The notes beneath the pieces were generated by a model. That model worked only from the letters and a program-made list of their open reading frames with translations, searched no databases and was not told the origin of the DNA. A stretch of 64,000 nucleotides of DNA from an uncultured Holophagae bacterium. GTDB taxonomy: Bacteria > Acidobacteriota > Holophagae > Thermotomaculales > Thermotomaculaceae. The position numbers were made by a program, and so were the translations under genes. The stretch's first letter is position 1; each line of letters opens with the position of its first letter. Shown piece after piece: positions 45,994-55,166 of this stretch. Location of the stretch: NCBI GenBank assembly GCA_964599895.1, contig CAZRHT010000001.1:33727-97726 (forward strand), in the 5' to 3' direction.

Positions 45994-46584
45994 TTACCCG
46001 TTTGTAATGCCGGTTCGTATAAAACTGATGGCCAGTGCGGTCAGTAGAATTCCCATGATTCGAGTCAGGATCTCTGCCCCTTGCTTCCCGGTAAAGCGAT
46101 TAATCCACAGACTGTTGCCGAGTATAATTCGAGTAAGAATGAGATTAGTTACAGATGCGACAATTGCCGGAAGATAGCCGTACGTGTTGGTAATAATGAT
46201 GATGGTGGTCAGCACTCCCGGCCCGGCTATAAGCGGTGTGGCAAGCGGAACAATGGCGATGTCATACCGTTCCACCCGGGCTGAGAGAAAATTCAATCCA
46301 AACACCATTTCGATACCGAGAAGAAAGAAAATAATTCCGCCTGCGACCTGAAAATCACCCACTGATATCCCGAAATAAAGGAGTACGGCTTTACCTAAGA
46401 TAAGGAACAGTGCAATAACACCACCGGCCACCAGGATTGCTGTGTTGAGGCGACTGAGGGACTCTTTTTTATGCAGTTTCTGGGTCAATGAAATGAAGAT
46501 GGGGGCATTTCCCAGTGCGTCCATCACAACGAAAAGAGCTATAAAGCTCTTGATATAGCTATCAATTGGAAATGCAGTGCTCAT
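45994..46584 (-). CDS. MarC (UPF0056) family membrane protein
   Basis: The ATG at 46584 has a GGAGG RBS. MDALGNAPIFISLT signature and 6 TM helices. Confidence 0.75.
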   Translation of the reverse strand: MSTAFPIDSYIKSFIALFVVMDALGNAPIFISLTQKLHKKESLSRLNTAILVAGGVIALFLILGKAVLLYFGISVGDFQVAGGIIFFLLGIEMVFGLNFLSARVERYDIAIVPLATPLIAGPGVLTTIIIITNTYGYLPAIVASVTNLILTRIILGNSLWINRFTGKQGAEILTRIMGILLTALAISFIRTGITNG

Positions 46585-46728
46585 GGAGCCTCCGGTCGAG
46601 TCTGAAATCATTTTTGATTATATCTGATTCTGTTTCATCTTTCACTGTCCGAATGACTGAAATGTTGAGTAAGCTCAATTTTCCGATGGTTTCATTGGCT
46701 GTTGTCTGGACGCCGGATCGGTTTCCAG

Positions 46729-46756
46729 TTGAAAATTAGGGCTACGGAGCTATAAT
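46729..46756 (+). promoter_or_regulatory. Candidate sigma70 promoter for the OmpA-family locus (TTGAAA-N16-TATAAT)
   Basis: TTGAAA at 46729-46734 and TATAAT at 46751-46756. This implies a 5' UTR of roughly 120 nt. Confidence 0.45.
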
Positions 46757-46882
46757 GTATTTAAAAGCGCGTTTCAAAAGAGTTGAGCGAACCGCCACGC
46801 GATGATCTACTAGCATTGTCCTGACATATGTGAAAAAGATTGTCTTTGTGTCGTTTGAACTATGTCGAGGAGGCGTAATTTT

Positions 46883-47719
46883 ATGAACACACATATTGTT
46901 TCTGTCTTGGGTTTCTGTTTACTTAGTCTGCTGATGCCATCTGTTCTGTGCATGGCCCAGGCGGATTTACCTGGAAGCAAAGACCATCCCCTTCTTAAGC
47001 GAATGCCCGGTTTTTACATCTCTAACTACGAAACCAAAGCATTTGACACGGCTGATTTTAAAAATGCACGTGGCGAAAATATTAAGATTGAAGGACGCAT
47101 ATATGACATTTATTATGAAGTTAAGGAAGGGAGAAAAGCCCCGGGCAAGCTTCAGGTCTTGAGGAATTATGAAAACGCCATTAAAAAAATCGGGGGGACA
47201 ATCGTTTACGAATCAAGAGCAGAGGGATGGCTCAAGGTAGTAAAGAACGGACAAATTACGTGGATTTATGAAGATGCAAGAACCGGGGGACAATATGAAC
47301 TGATGATCGTAGAGCAGAAAGTAATGGAGCAGGAAATTGTGGCAGATGCCAACAGCCTGGCAAGGGATATCCGGTCTACCGGCCACGTGTCCGTTTATGG
47401 CATCCACTTTGATTTCAATAAAGCCACAGTCAAACCGGAATCCCAGCCGACGTTGAAAAATATTGCGAAACTGCTAAAAGCAGATACTGAACTGAAACTG
47501 TATGTGGTGGGGCATACCGACAGTGTCGGGAAAATCGCATACAACATGAAACTTTCCCGCGCAAGGGCTGAGGCTGTTGTTAGAGCCTTGGTAACGAAGC
47601 ATGGAGTGGCTCAGCACCGGCTTGATCCTTATGGAGTGGGTCCTTTGAGCCCTGTAGCTTCGAATGAGACGGAAGAGGGCCGCGCCCTGAATCGCAGGGT
47701 TGAGCTGGTGAAAGAGTAA
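46883..47719 (+). CDS. OmpA-family protein: unknown N-terminal domain + C-terminal OmpA peptidoglycan-binding domain
   Basis: The ATG at 46883 has a GAGGAGG RBS. Signal peptide ending CMAQA. The OmpA_C block is FDFNKATVKP...VVGHTDSVG...NMKLSRARAEAV...NRRVELV. Confidence 0.8.
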   Translation: MNTHIVSVLGFCLLSLLMPSVLCMAQADLPGSKDHPLLKRMPGFYISNYETKAFDTADFKNARGENIKIEGRIYDIYYEVKEGRKAPGKLQVLRNYENAIKKIGGTIVYESRAEGWLKVVKNGQITWIYEDARTGGQYELMIVEQKVMEQEIVADANSLARDIRSTGHVSVYGIHFDFNKATVKPESQPTLKNIAKLLKADTELKLYVVGHTDSVGKIAYNMKLSRARAEAVVRALVTKHGVAQHRLDPYGVGPLSPVASNETEEGRALNRRVELVKE

Positions 47720-47737
47720 AGGACAAGGGGGGAGTTC

Positions 47738-49081
47738 ATGATAACTCGAACACGACTATGGATTAGAATGCTACTGGTTACGATGTTGCTGGGCACATTG
47801 CTGATGCCAGCTGCAGCCGCGGAAACCGGCTGTGATGGGTGCAAGCGGGACGCCGTACTGAGTAAAGCTGCGGGCCTTGATAAGCACCATTTCACGTCGA
47901 TCCTGGCTGAACATGCCACGAGCCCATGTTTCCATCTTCTTTATTCAGGCGAAATCAGGGAACCCGGCGCACGTTCAAAGTGGAAACCTCCGGAGTATTA
48001 TTTCACGACAAGCTATGAAACCAATCTGAAGGGGCGGACCAAGTCAAGGTTTAGCATCAGCCTGTACTTTGAAGACGGAGAGTTGATTCACAACTGGAAG
48101 ACTGAATCAGAGCGCCCTACTTTTACCTATGATGGTCACCTCAACAGAATGTTCAGGAATCGTGATGCCGTGTTCAGGAAATCTGTGCCGCTGGAACTGA
48201 CCTTACTGAATGACTTTGAGAAGCAACCGTCCCGGTGCAATATTCAGCCTGACACGGAAGAACTTTTTCCGGGTCAGGAAACCGGCGTGAAAATTTCCCA
48301 TCTTGTGGATATTGAAGGACGAAAATCAAGAACATTCAACCGGATCGTTGTCCAGGCCGTGAACGGGAAGATCATTGGAGGGACTCCGCTTGCATCCGAC
48401 CCTGAACTGAAGGCATTTCAAGTGGGAAAGGAAGATATTACTTTTACTTACGTAGCGCCTGATGGAGACAACTCACAAGCTACCGAGGATAAGATAATGG
48501 TTTATAATTCTTGTGATATCCTCAGGGAAGATGAATATCCTATGCCAAAAACGGCACTCAAAGATAAGATAGCAGAGAAAAAGATAGAATTGACGCGTGC
48601 AAATTTTGCTGTAGCTAAAATAACGGAGAAGTATGAAGCTATTTGTGAGGGAAAGGCAAGTCAGACTTTGAGGGCAAAATTGTATATTGTGCTTAAGTAC
48701 AGTCACACAGAATCTTGTGTCGAGTATTACGACACAGTATCGTGGAACGTGCGTGGCACAGGGAGCACTCTTAATGGATTATTTAAGAAACCTCAGGTGG
48801 AGAAAAGCAAAAAAATGCCTGGAAAATTGCTTATATTCTTTGATTCTAAGACTGGAAAGGCAACAAGAATCAGTTTTCCTGATTGTGAATATTCCTTTAT
48901 TTTTAATACTCCTTACGGCGTCTTCAGATATGAGCAGATAGGGGTAACCGATTCCGCGACATATGTGAAAGGCGGGGATGGAATTCATGAAATGTCAGGA
49001 AGTGGAACGGATGAAGTTATTGGTCCTTGTAAGCTTAAAAGTACATCGAAATGGAACATACAGAGGTATAGAAACAAATAG
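47738..49081 (+). CDS. Secreted hypothetical protein (447 aa), no recognisable family
   Basis: GGGGGAG RBS. The signal peptide is LLVTMLLGTLLMPAAAAE. The gene starts 18 nt after the OmpA-family stop. Base composition changes markedly after about nt 48470. Confidence 0.6.
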   Translation: MITRTRLWIRMLLVTMLLGTLLMPAAAAETGCDGCKRDAVLSKAAGLDKHHFTSILAEHATSPCFHLLYSGEIREPGARSKWKPPEYYFTTSYETNLKGRTKSRFSISLYFEDGELIHNWKTESERPTFTYDGHLNRMFRNRDAVFRKSVPLELTLLNDFEKQPSRCNIQPDTEELFPGQETGVKISHLVDIEGRKSRTFNRIVVQAVNGKIIGGTPLASDPELKAFQVGKEDITFTYVAPDGDNSQATEDKIMVYNSCDILREDEYPMPKTALKDKIAEKKIELTRANFAVAKITEKYEAICEGKASQTLRAKLYIVLKYSHTESCVEYYDTVSWNVRGTGSTLNGLFKKPQVEKSKKMPGKLLIFFDSKTGKATRISFPDCEYSFIFNTPYGVFRYEQIGVTDSATYVKGGDGIHEMSGSGTDEVIGPCKLKSTSKWNIQRYRNK

Positions 49082-49108
49082 CAACAGACCAATTGTCGGA
49101 CTTTGCAG

Positions 49109-49205
49109 TTACGGAACTGGCGTGGGTTCCTTGAGCCCTGTGGCGTCCAATGAGACAGAAAAAGGCCGTGCCCTGAATCGCAGGGTTGAACTGGTGAAAG
49201 AGTAA
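49109..49205 (+). pseudogene. Remnant of an OmpA-domain 3' end (last ~30 codons + stop), paralogous to 47629-47719
   Basis: It translates to SYGTGVGSLSPVASNETEKGRALNRRVELVKE*. The end of the intact gene reads PYGVGPLSPVASNETEEGRALNRRVELVKE*. No OmpA domain body lies upstream in that frame. Confidence 0.6.
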
Positions 49206-49217
49206 AAGGAGACATTT

Positions 49218-49802
49218 ATGTTCAAAAGAACCTTGTTGGCGTGTTTGGCAGCTATGGTGTTTTTCAGTTTTACCGGGATTGCATCTGAACAGAAGAAGAC
49301 AAAGGGGTATTTACAGGTTATTTTCAAAAGCTGCGAATGTGGAATGTCTTCGTGCCATATGTTCAGCTGTTATGCCCCCTTTACCATATCGGGCAACAAA
49401 ATAACCGGAACGCTTGAAATACCAGAAGATGGTGAAATTTATAATGCCCTTGTTCCGTTGGTGCGCTCTGATCGTGATCCATCTGAGTTTGAAAAACAGA
49501 TCATTGTGTTTGCGTACAAATGTCCCCCTGCAGACAAATGTCCGCCACCGGATGTTTCCGGTGAACTGATCGTTCATAAAGTTAGCGGAGAGGTAATTAA
49601 GGTCAAAGGGAAAAGAATGCTGCATTTTGTGATAAGACTTTCTAAACCTGAGTGTCGCATGAAAGTATGTGATTTCATCGATGACTGTTCAATGGAACCC
49701 TGGTCTGACGAGTTTCTGGCCCCGTTTCAAGACGGTTATCACACCAACCGAAGTACGGCGCTATTTAATTATGTCCTTAATCTTCAAACAGGTAACAAAT
49801 AA
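49218..49802 (+). CDS. Secreted Cys-rich hypothetical protein (194 aa)
   Basis: AAGGAG RBS. Signal peptide LLACLAAMVFFSFTGIAS. 13 Cys residues, including CECGMSSCHMFSC and the duplicated KCPPAD / KCPPPD. Confidence 0.55.
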   Translation: MFKRTLLACLAAMVFFSFTGIASEQKKTKGYLQVIFKSCECGMSSCHMFSCYAPFTISGNKITGTLEIPEDGEIYNALVPLVRSDRDPSEFEKQIIVFAYKCPPADKCPPPDVSGELIVHKVSGEVIKVKGKRMLHFVIRLSKPECRMKVCDFIDDCSMEPWSDEFLAPFQDGYHTNRSTALFNYVLNLQTGNK

Positions 49803-49892
49803 TACGCCGCACTGCGAATAGACATAGTCCGGTACACAAATGCCGGCGCCTTCCACTCAAAAGTGGAAGACGAATTCTCTGCCAGGCGCAGC

Positions 49893-49920
49893 AAAAAGGG
49901 GCCTTTCGGCCCCCTTTTCT
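49893..49920. terminator. Bidirectional rho-independent terminator between convergent genes
   Basis: AAAAGGGGCC-TTTC-GGCCCCTTTT. The A/T runs flanking the stem allow function on both strands. Confidence 0.7.
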
Positions 49921-49941
49921 GTGGATGGTTAACTGAATAGA

Positions 49942-51102
49942 TCAGTGAACGCCAATAGGATGTGGGTCTCCGCCCGGATCAGCCTGTGTGTAGCCGTCGG
50001 TGCGGATGTTACCCAGGAGCAGCAGGCCCACCGCGTGGGGTGTGGCCATGGAAGTACCGGACATGGTTGTGGTACCGCCACCCTTTTTGAGAGAAAGGAT
50101 GTTCAGTCCCGGTTCCGCATAATCCACAGGAGGAACACCCCAGTTGGACCATGAAGTCAGCAGGTCATTTGAGTCAATTGCAGAAATGGTATATACGTTC
50201 GGTGCGTTGACACTTGCGGGAGAATCGTTGGCCGCGTCTGCACCGTCATTTCCAGCCGCAACAGCGAATGAACAGGTTTTAGCGGCGTTTGTTACTGCGT
50301 CATTAATTGCCTGGCTGTAACTGCCACCGAGGCTCATATTTGCAACGTCACAGGAGGACGCGTGACTTGCCACGTAGTCGATTCCGGCAATGACATCGTC
50401 CCAGGATCCGCTACCGCGTCGGTTCAGAACTTTTACCGCAACCACAGTTGCGCCGGGGGCCACACCAACGACATCAATGGAGTTGTCGATTGCTGCGATT
50501 GTGCCGGCAACATGGGTGCCATGGCCGTTGTCATCATCTGGTGACTTGGCGTTTGCAAAAACAACACTATCAGCAACATCTACGTTGAGGTCCGGGTTGT
50601 CCAGATCAATGCCGGTGTCAATAATCCAGGCCTTGCAGAAATTGCCTGCCACGCCACCGTTTACCCGGGCGATTCCCCAGGGGGTAACCTGTGCCGGTTC
50701 GCCGCCGCCACCCCCACCCCCACCGTGACCGGGCTTGGAAGGCTTTGCGATGGCATAACAGACACCGTTTGGTTCGTAGTATGCAATGTCCGGATTCTCT
50801 TCATAAAGTTTACGGGCTGCAGACGCTGACATTTTTGCAGAAAAACCACGGACTGCCTTGCCAAAGGTATGGCGGACTGTCCCTTCGTAGTGTTGGGCAA
50901 GATTTTCGGATCGGGTGCGAACTGACGCCTTCGTCATGGCTTTATCGGAATACACAAAAATATAGCTCTGGCTGGCGATGTATTCCGGCATATTTTGTAT
51001 ACGGACCACCTGATTGTTGGTATTAACTTCTCTGGCAAAGAGAAAGGAACCTGCCAGAAGAATGGCGGTCATAATAAAGAATCTGGTTTTTCGGGATTTC
51101 AT
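49942..51102 (-). CDS. S8 family (subtilisin-like) serine peptidase with I9-type propeptide
   Basis: The ATG at 51102 has a GGAGG RBS. A signal peptide is present. Catalytic triad blocks: IIDTGID (Asp), HGTHVAG (His), GTSMATPH (Ser). A Gly8 linker separates the propeptide from the catalytic domain. Confidence 0.9.
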   Translation of the reverse strand: MKSRKTRFFIMTAILLAGSFLFAREVNTNNQVVRIQNMPEYIASQSYIFVYSDKAMTKASVRTRSENLAQHYEGTVRHTFGKAVRGFSAKMSASAARKLYEENPDIAYYEPNGVCYAIAKPSKPGHGGGGGGGGEPAQVTPWGIARVNGGVAGNFCKAWIIDTGIDLDNPDLNVDVADSVVFANAKSPDDDNGHGTHVAGTIAAIDNSIDVVGVAPGATVVAVKVLNRRGSGSWDDVIAGIDYVASHASSCDVANMSLGGSYSQAINDAVTNAAKTCSFAVAAGNDGADAANDSPASVNAPNVYTISAIDSNDLLTSWSNWGVPPVDYAEPGLNILSLKKGGGTTTMSGTSMATPHAVGLLLLGNIRTDGYTQADPGGDPHPIGVH

Positions 51103-51240
51103 ACTACCTCCTGTTTGAAAACTTATGGCCAGTTTATCGATCGAAAACAGGTGTGTCATGCTACCTTGGGTTTGAATTAGGTGGGAAAGTGGTGAGCTGT
51201 CGTACCGTCTGAGTCATACTTTTTTAGCACTTTTAGGATT

Positions 51241-52311
51241 TCAGGGAAGGAGACGGTGACGATATCCTGCTGCAATCGCTTGTGAACGGTTGTGAACGTC
51301 AAGTTTCTGATAAATGTTGTAGAGATGCGTCTTGACAGTTTGAAGAGAGACGTTCAGCCGGTCGGAGAGCTCTTTGTTGGAGAGATTCATTGCCAGAAAA
51401 CGCAAGACATCCCTTTCCCGGGGGGAGAGAAGGACGTTTGACGTGGCCCCTTCGGACAGACTCTGGGCCATTGATTCGGGATGGTTGCGCAGGGCTTTGG
51501 ATACTTCCATTCTCCCGGCCCATATTTCACCGGCAGCAACCTTGCCCAATGCTGCAGTCAGAATGTCTTCATCAATCTTGTCAGAAAGAAAACCTCGGAC
51601 ACCTTTCAGCAGAAGATCTGCTTTTTCTTCAGAGGTAAAGTTGTCATTTACAAATATGATACATGATTCCGGATAATAGGTTCTAAAACGGTGCAACACT
51701 GTGTTTACTGTGGTCAGTTCCGTCAAAGCGCAGTCTGCGAAAATGAGAAAGATGTCTCCATCAGGCTTTTCACTTTGAAGAAAAATCTCGCTGAGATGAC
51801 GATAATGGGATGCAAAAACGAAATCAGGATGTCTCTCCGTGAAATGCAGCAGTCCTTCCCGAAAAAAGTTGTGATTGCAGACAAGTGAGAGAGTGGCCAG
51901 TGGCGCCGGAGAATATTTGTCCGCATTTTTCAGCGTTTCTTTGCGCTTCTTCATGGCAGTTTCTATTGCAGCAAGGACGTCTTTCGTGGATGCGGCTTTG
52001 GACAGATAGTCGGAAGCACCGTCTTTCAATGCTTTGACTGCCGAATTGTAATTCGTGTATGCGGTAATGAGAATTGTCTGCACCGTGGGGAATTTCCCGT
52101 GTATAGCCTTGTTGAGCAATAAGCCGTCTGTTTCTCCTTCCATCTTGAGATCCAGGAGTGCAACGTCACATTCCATGTCCGCCAGCTCACGGAGCGCTTC
52201 AGAAGTGCTGCCCGCCTGTCGCGTTTGATATCCTTCGTCTTCCAGAAGGTAGGCGAAACTGTTGCGAACAAGGGGGTCATCGTCCACAATCAATATGTTA
52301 CCCCTTGCCAT
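51241..52311 (-). CDS. Response regulator with two receiver-like domains and a LuxR-type HTH
   Basis: About 356 aa from the ATG at 52311, a start that overlaps the kinase stop by 14 nt. REC1: ILIVDDDP...VALLDLKMEG. A second NarL-like receiver-like region: DIFLIFADCAL...KGVRGFLSK. LuxR HTH: LSPRERDVLRFLAMNLSNKELSDRLNVSLQTVKTHLYNIYQKL. Confidence 0.8.
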   Translation of the reverse strand: MARGNILIVDDDPLVRNSFAYLLEDEGYQTRQAGSTSEALRELADMECDVALLDLKMEGETDGLLLNKAIHGKFPTVQTILITAYTNYNSAVKALKDGASDYLSKAASTKDVLAAIETAMKKRKETLKNADKYSPAPLATLSLVCNHNFFREGLLHFTERHPDFVFASHYRHLSEIFLQSEKPDGDIFLIFADCALTELTTVNTVLHRFRTYYPESCIIFVNDNFTSEEKADLLLKGVRGFLSDKIDEDILTAALGKVAAGEIWAGRMEVSKALRNHPESMAQSLSEGATSNVLLSPRERDVLRFLAMNLSNKELSDRLNVSLQTVKTHLYNIYQKLDVHNRSQAIAAGYRHRLLP

Positions 52312-54079
52312 GAATTTCCTCCATGAGGGGCAACTGAATAACAAAACAGGTCGTCATTTGTTCATTTTCCTCCAGAAATAATTCTCCATCGTAGTTTCGG
52401 ATAATATTATAACTGATATTCAAGCCCAGGCCGACTCCGCGTTTCTTCTTTCGGGTAAAAAAGGGTTCAAAAATTCGATTCCTGATTTCTTCAGGAATAC
52501 CATCTCCATCATCTGAGACCCGGACCAGAATTACGTCATCTTTTATGGAAGTGGAAACGCGGATTTCTGTGCAGGCAGCTTCCATTGCGTTTCTCAGTAG
52601 ATTAAGCAACACTTGTTCCAATTGACGAGCGGAAACGAATATCCGTCCATTTCCGTTGACCTGGAAGAGTAGAGTGGGTCCGTTTTCTCCAGTGATGGCC
52701 TGGAACCGCTCAATTGCTGAACGAACGACAGGTATCAATTCGGTGGATGATCCATCCACTTCATCTTCCCTGAAAAAACGAAGAAGATTCCTTGTGAGGT
52801 TTTCCATTTCATTCAATTCCTTTTGAACCATGTCGAACATTTCCCTGTCTTTGTCTGTGAGAGACGATGTGGATAGTTTTCGCTGAATGGGAGACAGACA
52901 ATTTTGTATGACCCGGATAGGCGTGAGAATTTCGTGGGAAAGTTCGGCAGCAATACGGCCGGCTGAAACGAGTTTTTCCCGGATCATTTCTCTGGAACGA
53001 AGTTTTTCCTTTTCTTTTTCGATTTTCTGGAGATTCCAATATAGATTGTTGAGCACTTCGTGGAGAGAATCCAGGTCGTCCATCGCATGGATCCTGGCCG
53101 TGGGAATAGAGAGACGCCCGGAAATTTTTCCTACGATGCTAAGCAGGAAATGAAGGCGCCGCTTAAACAGCCGCTGGGTTCCATTCAGATGTAATGCCAT
53201 TAACGAACTTGTCAGCAGTAGAAATATAAGAAGTCCCCATAGAACATTTCGAGAAGCAAAGGAGTGGGTCTTATCTGCAGTTATCCGAAGAATCAATCCG
53301 GTGCCGGAAGGAGTTCCGGCAATGTAACTGATGACTTCCAGATAGCGTGGATTGTGTTGAAACCGGATCAGACCAGTGTTGAGGGAAGAGGTACTGCCGG
53401 AAAACCACGCGGGTATTGCATTGTCCTTCAAATTAAAAACGGCCATTTGAGTGGGAAGTTGAAGAACGGTAGAAAGTCTGGATGTGAAGCTGTTGCCAAG
53501 ATGGCGAGCCATAACCAGATAGCCTTGCGGTACAGGTGGCTCTTCTGTTTCAGCCTCATTCGTGACAGGTTGGGTTTGCACATAGAAGGGCGTTCCGGTT
53601 AAAAGAGTCAAGCCATTTAGTCTATAGCTTTGCGACCGTAGTGTATTCAACAGGGATTCCATCGTTTTTGACTGAGCTTCAGGAACGAAGGTAGATCGAA
53701 AGCGATCCCTTGCTGTTTGAGTGAACAGTACCTTCCCGTTCCTGTCCAGAACCAGGAGGATGTCCATGTTGTAATCATCGCAGATGCCATCGGGCAGATT
53801 TTTTTGTGCGAAATCACTGGTCCAGTGATGAACAGCATCTGCCATTTCATTCCGATGTGCCCAATCACTGCAAAGGAGATTCAGATCGCTGTTACCGTAC
53901 CAGAACGCGGATATGGCTCGACGGGACAATCCATCCGCCCGTTTCTGATCGTGTTTTTCTTGAAAAACGGGCAGCACCAGGAAATAAACGGCGAAGACGG
54001 CAATCAATTGGAAAGCGATCAGCACAGCGGGTATCAGGATGGCGAATTGGAAGTACCTGGACAGAGATTCTCTGCTCAT
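52298..54079 (-). CDS. Sensor histidine kinase with ~250-aa extracytoplasmic sensor domain
   Basis: 593 aa. Two TM helices bracket a periplasmic region. H-box AAELSHEILTPI, N-box LLNLLRNAMEA, G-box DDGDGI / GVGLGL. Confidence 0.8.
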   Translation of the reverse strand: MSRESLSRYFQFAILIPAVLIAFQLIAVFAVYFLVLPVFQEKHDQKRADGLSRRAISAFWYGNSDLNLLCSDWAHRNEMADAVHHWTSDFAQKNLPDGICDDYNMDILLVLDRNGKVLFTQTARDRFRSTFVPEAQSKTMESLLNTLRSQSYRLNGLTLLTGTPFYVQTQPVTNEAETEEPPVPQGYLVMARHLGNSFTSRLSTVLQLPTQMAVFNLKDNAIPAWFSGSTSSLNTGLIRFQHNPRYLEVISYIAGTPSGTGLILRITADKTHSFASRNVLWGLLIFLLLTSSLMALHLNGTQRLFKRRLHFLLSIVGKISGRLSIPTARIHAMDDLDSLHEVLNNLYWNLQKIEKEKEKLRSREMIREKLVSAGRIAAELSHEILTPIRVIQNCLSPIQRKLSTSSLTDKDREMFDMVQKELNEMENLTRNLLRFFREDEVDGSSTELIPVVRSAIERFQAITGENGPTLLFQVNGNGRIFVSARQLEQVLLNLLRNAMEAACTEIRVSTSIKDDVILVRVSDDGDGIPEEIRNRIFEPFFTRKKKRGVGLGLNISYNIIRNYDGELFLEENEQMTTCFVIQLPLMEEIHGKG

Positions 54080-54101
54080 GGGTGATCTGAAGGGGGGATG
54101 A

Positions 54102-55166
54102 TCATTTGTCGTTTATCGGTATAACAACGGGTTGCCATATCTTCACCGGTGTCTTGTCGTTGTACAAGGCTGGGGAAAATCTCCATTTCAGCACAGTCTT
54201 CAATGCCTGGCTGATGGCAGCGCCATTCTTTTCATCCTTCCGGAGATGGCTTTCGAGGTAAAAAGCGTTCTGCACGAATCCTGTTTCATCAATGTATGCG
54301 TTGACCACAATGAAGCCGCGCACTTTTCCAAAGGATCCTTTCTTTTCCAGTGTTGCCGAGGGGTGAACAATTGGCTTTGCTGGAGTTACAAGGTCAGAAA
54401 AAGGCACCAGTTCACCTGGATCCACCTGTTTCAGTGAAGCTATTTCTTTGGAAAGAGAATCAAGGGTCGCTTCCATTGTTTCCTTTTCTTTCCGGAGTTT
54501 TTTGGTTTTGCTCTGAGCCTCCAGCATATCGGAAACGAGTTTTCTAGAGGCATTTCCTTCCTGATTCATATTGCTTTGAAGAGTCTGGATCGTACTCTTT
54601 AATTTCTCCGTTGTGTCTTGAAATTCCCTTATGGTGGCTTTCGCAGTGTTAACCTGACCCTTCAGCTCCTGATTACTTTTCTGCGCTTTTTCCAATTCAG
54701 TGTTTACCTTTTTCCGAGCTTTTTCTGCATTCTTGATAGAAGTTTCTCTTTCGCGAATCTTTTGTTTAAGGGATCGAATTTCCTGGTTGCGATTGTTGAT
54801 ATCCTGTTTCAATTGGTCAATCGCGGTCAGAAGCTCTCCTTTCCCCTTACTGGAGTCGGATACGCGGTGCGTCATTTTCTTCAATTCCTGTTGAATGTCT
54901 TTCAAGCTGATTTCTGTCGCAGTCATTTTTTGCTGGCTTGTTGCAAGTTCTTTTGCCAGTTGTGTTGTCTTCTGCTGCTGCAGTTGAAGTTGGTGGTACA
55001 AGAAACCGGCGGCAAAAAGTGCCCCTGCCAGTAGAACCAGTAGCAGGACGGTCAGGAAAATACGCTTTTTTTGAGGTGTGGGTTTTCCCCGCTTCTCTTC
55101 CGGAGTTCGGATCCTCGCGGCCTGCCTGAATTCAAATTCCTCAAGTGGTGTCAGTTTATCATTCAT
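54102..55166 (-). CDS. TonB C-terminal domain protein with long periplasmic coiled coil
   Basis: 354 aa. A short cytoplasmic N-terminus is followed by a TM helix (IFLTVLLLVLLAGALFAAGFLY). Then come ~200 aa of heptad-rich Q/K/E sequence. The C-terminus is TonB_C-like (GFIVVNAYIDETGFV...ALKTVLKWRFSPALYNDKTPVKIW). Confidence 0.7.
   Translation of the reverse strand: MNDKLTPLEEFEFRQAARIRTPEEKRGKPTPQKKRIFLTVLLLVLLAGALFAAGFLYHQLQLQQQKTTQLAKELATSQQKMTATEISLKDIQQELKKMTHRVSDSSKGKGELLTAIDQLKQDINNRNQEIRSLKQKIRERETSIKNAEKARKKVNTELEKAQKSNQELKGQVNTAKATIREFQDTTEKLKSTIQTLQSNMNQEGNASRKLVSDMLEAQSKTKKLRKEKETMEATLDSLSKEIASLKQVDPGELVPFSDLVTPAKPIVHPSATLEKKGSFGKVRGFIVVNAYIDETGFVQNAFYLESHLRKDEKNGAAISQALKTVLKWRFSPALYNDKTPVKIWQPVVIPINDK

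Noticed and set aside
48978-49205. A 75-aa ORF from the track, considered as a real gene.
   Set aside because: Its first two thirds overlap the end of the 447-aa gene in another frame. Only its last ~30 codons resemble anything (the OmpA C-terminus). I treat it as a gene remnant. A +1 frameshift fusion with the upstream gene would add only a non-functional domain fragment.
50701-50724. The G-rich tract (GGTGGGGGTGGGGGTGGCGGCGGC on the coding strand), considered as a phase-variation switch in the S8 protease gene.
   Set aside because: The longest homopolymer run is only 5 nt and the Gly codons are mixed. It reads as a Gly8 linker between propeptide and catalytic domain.
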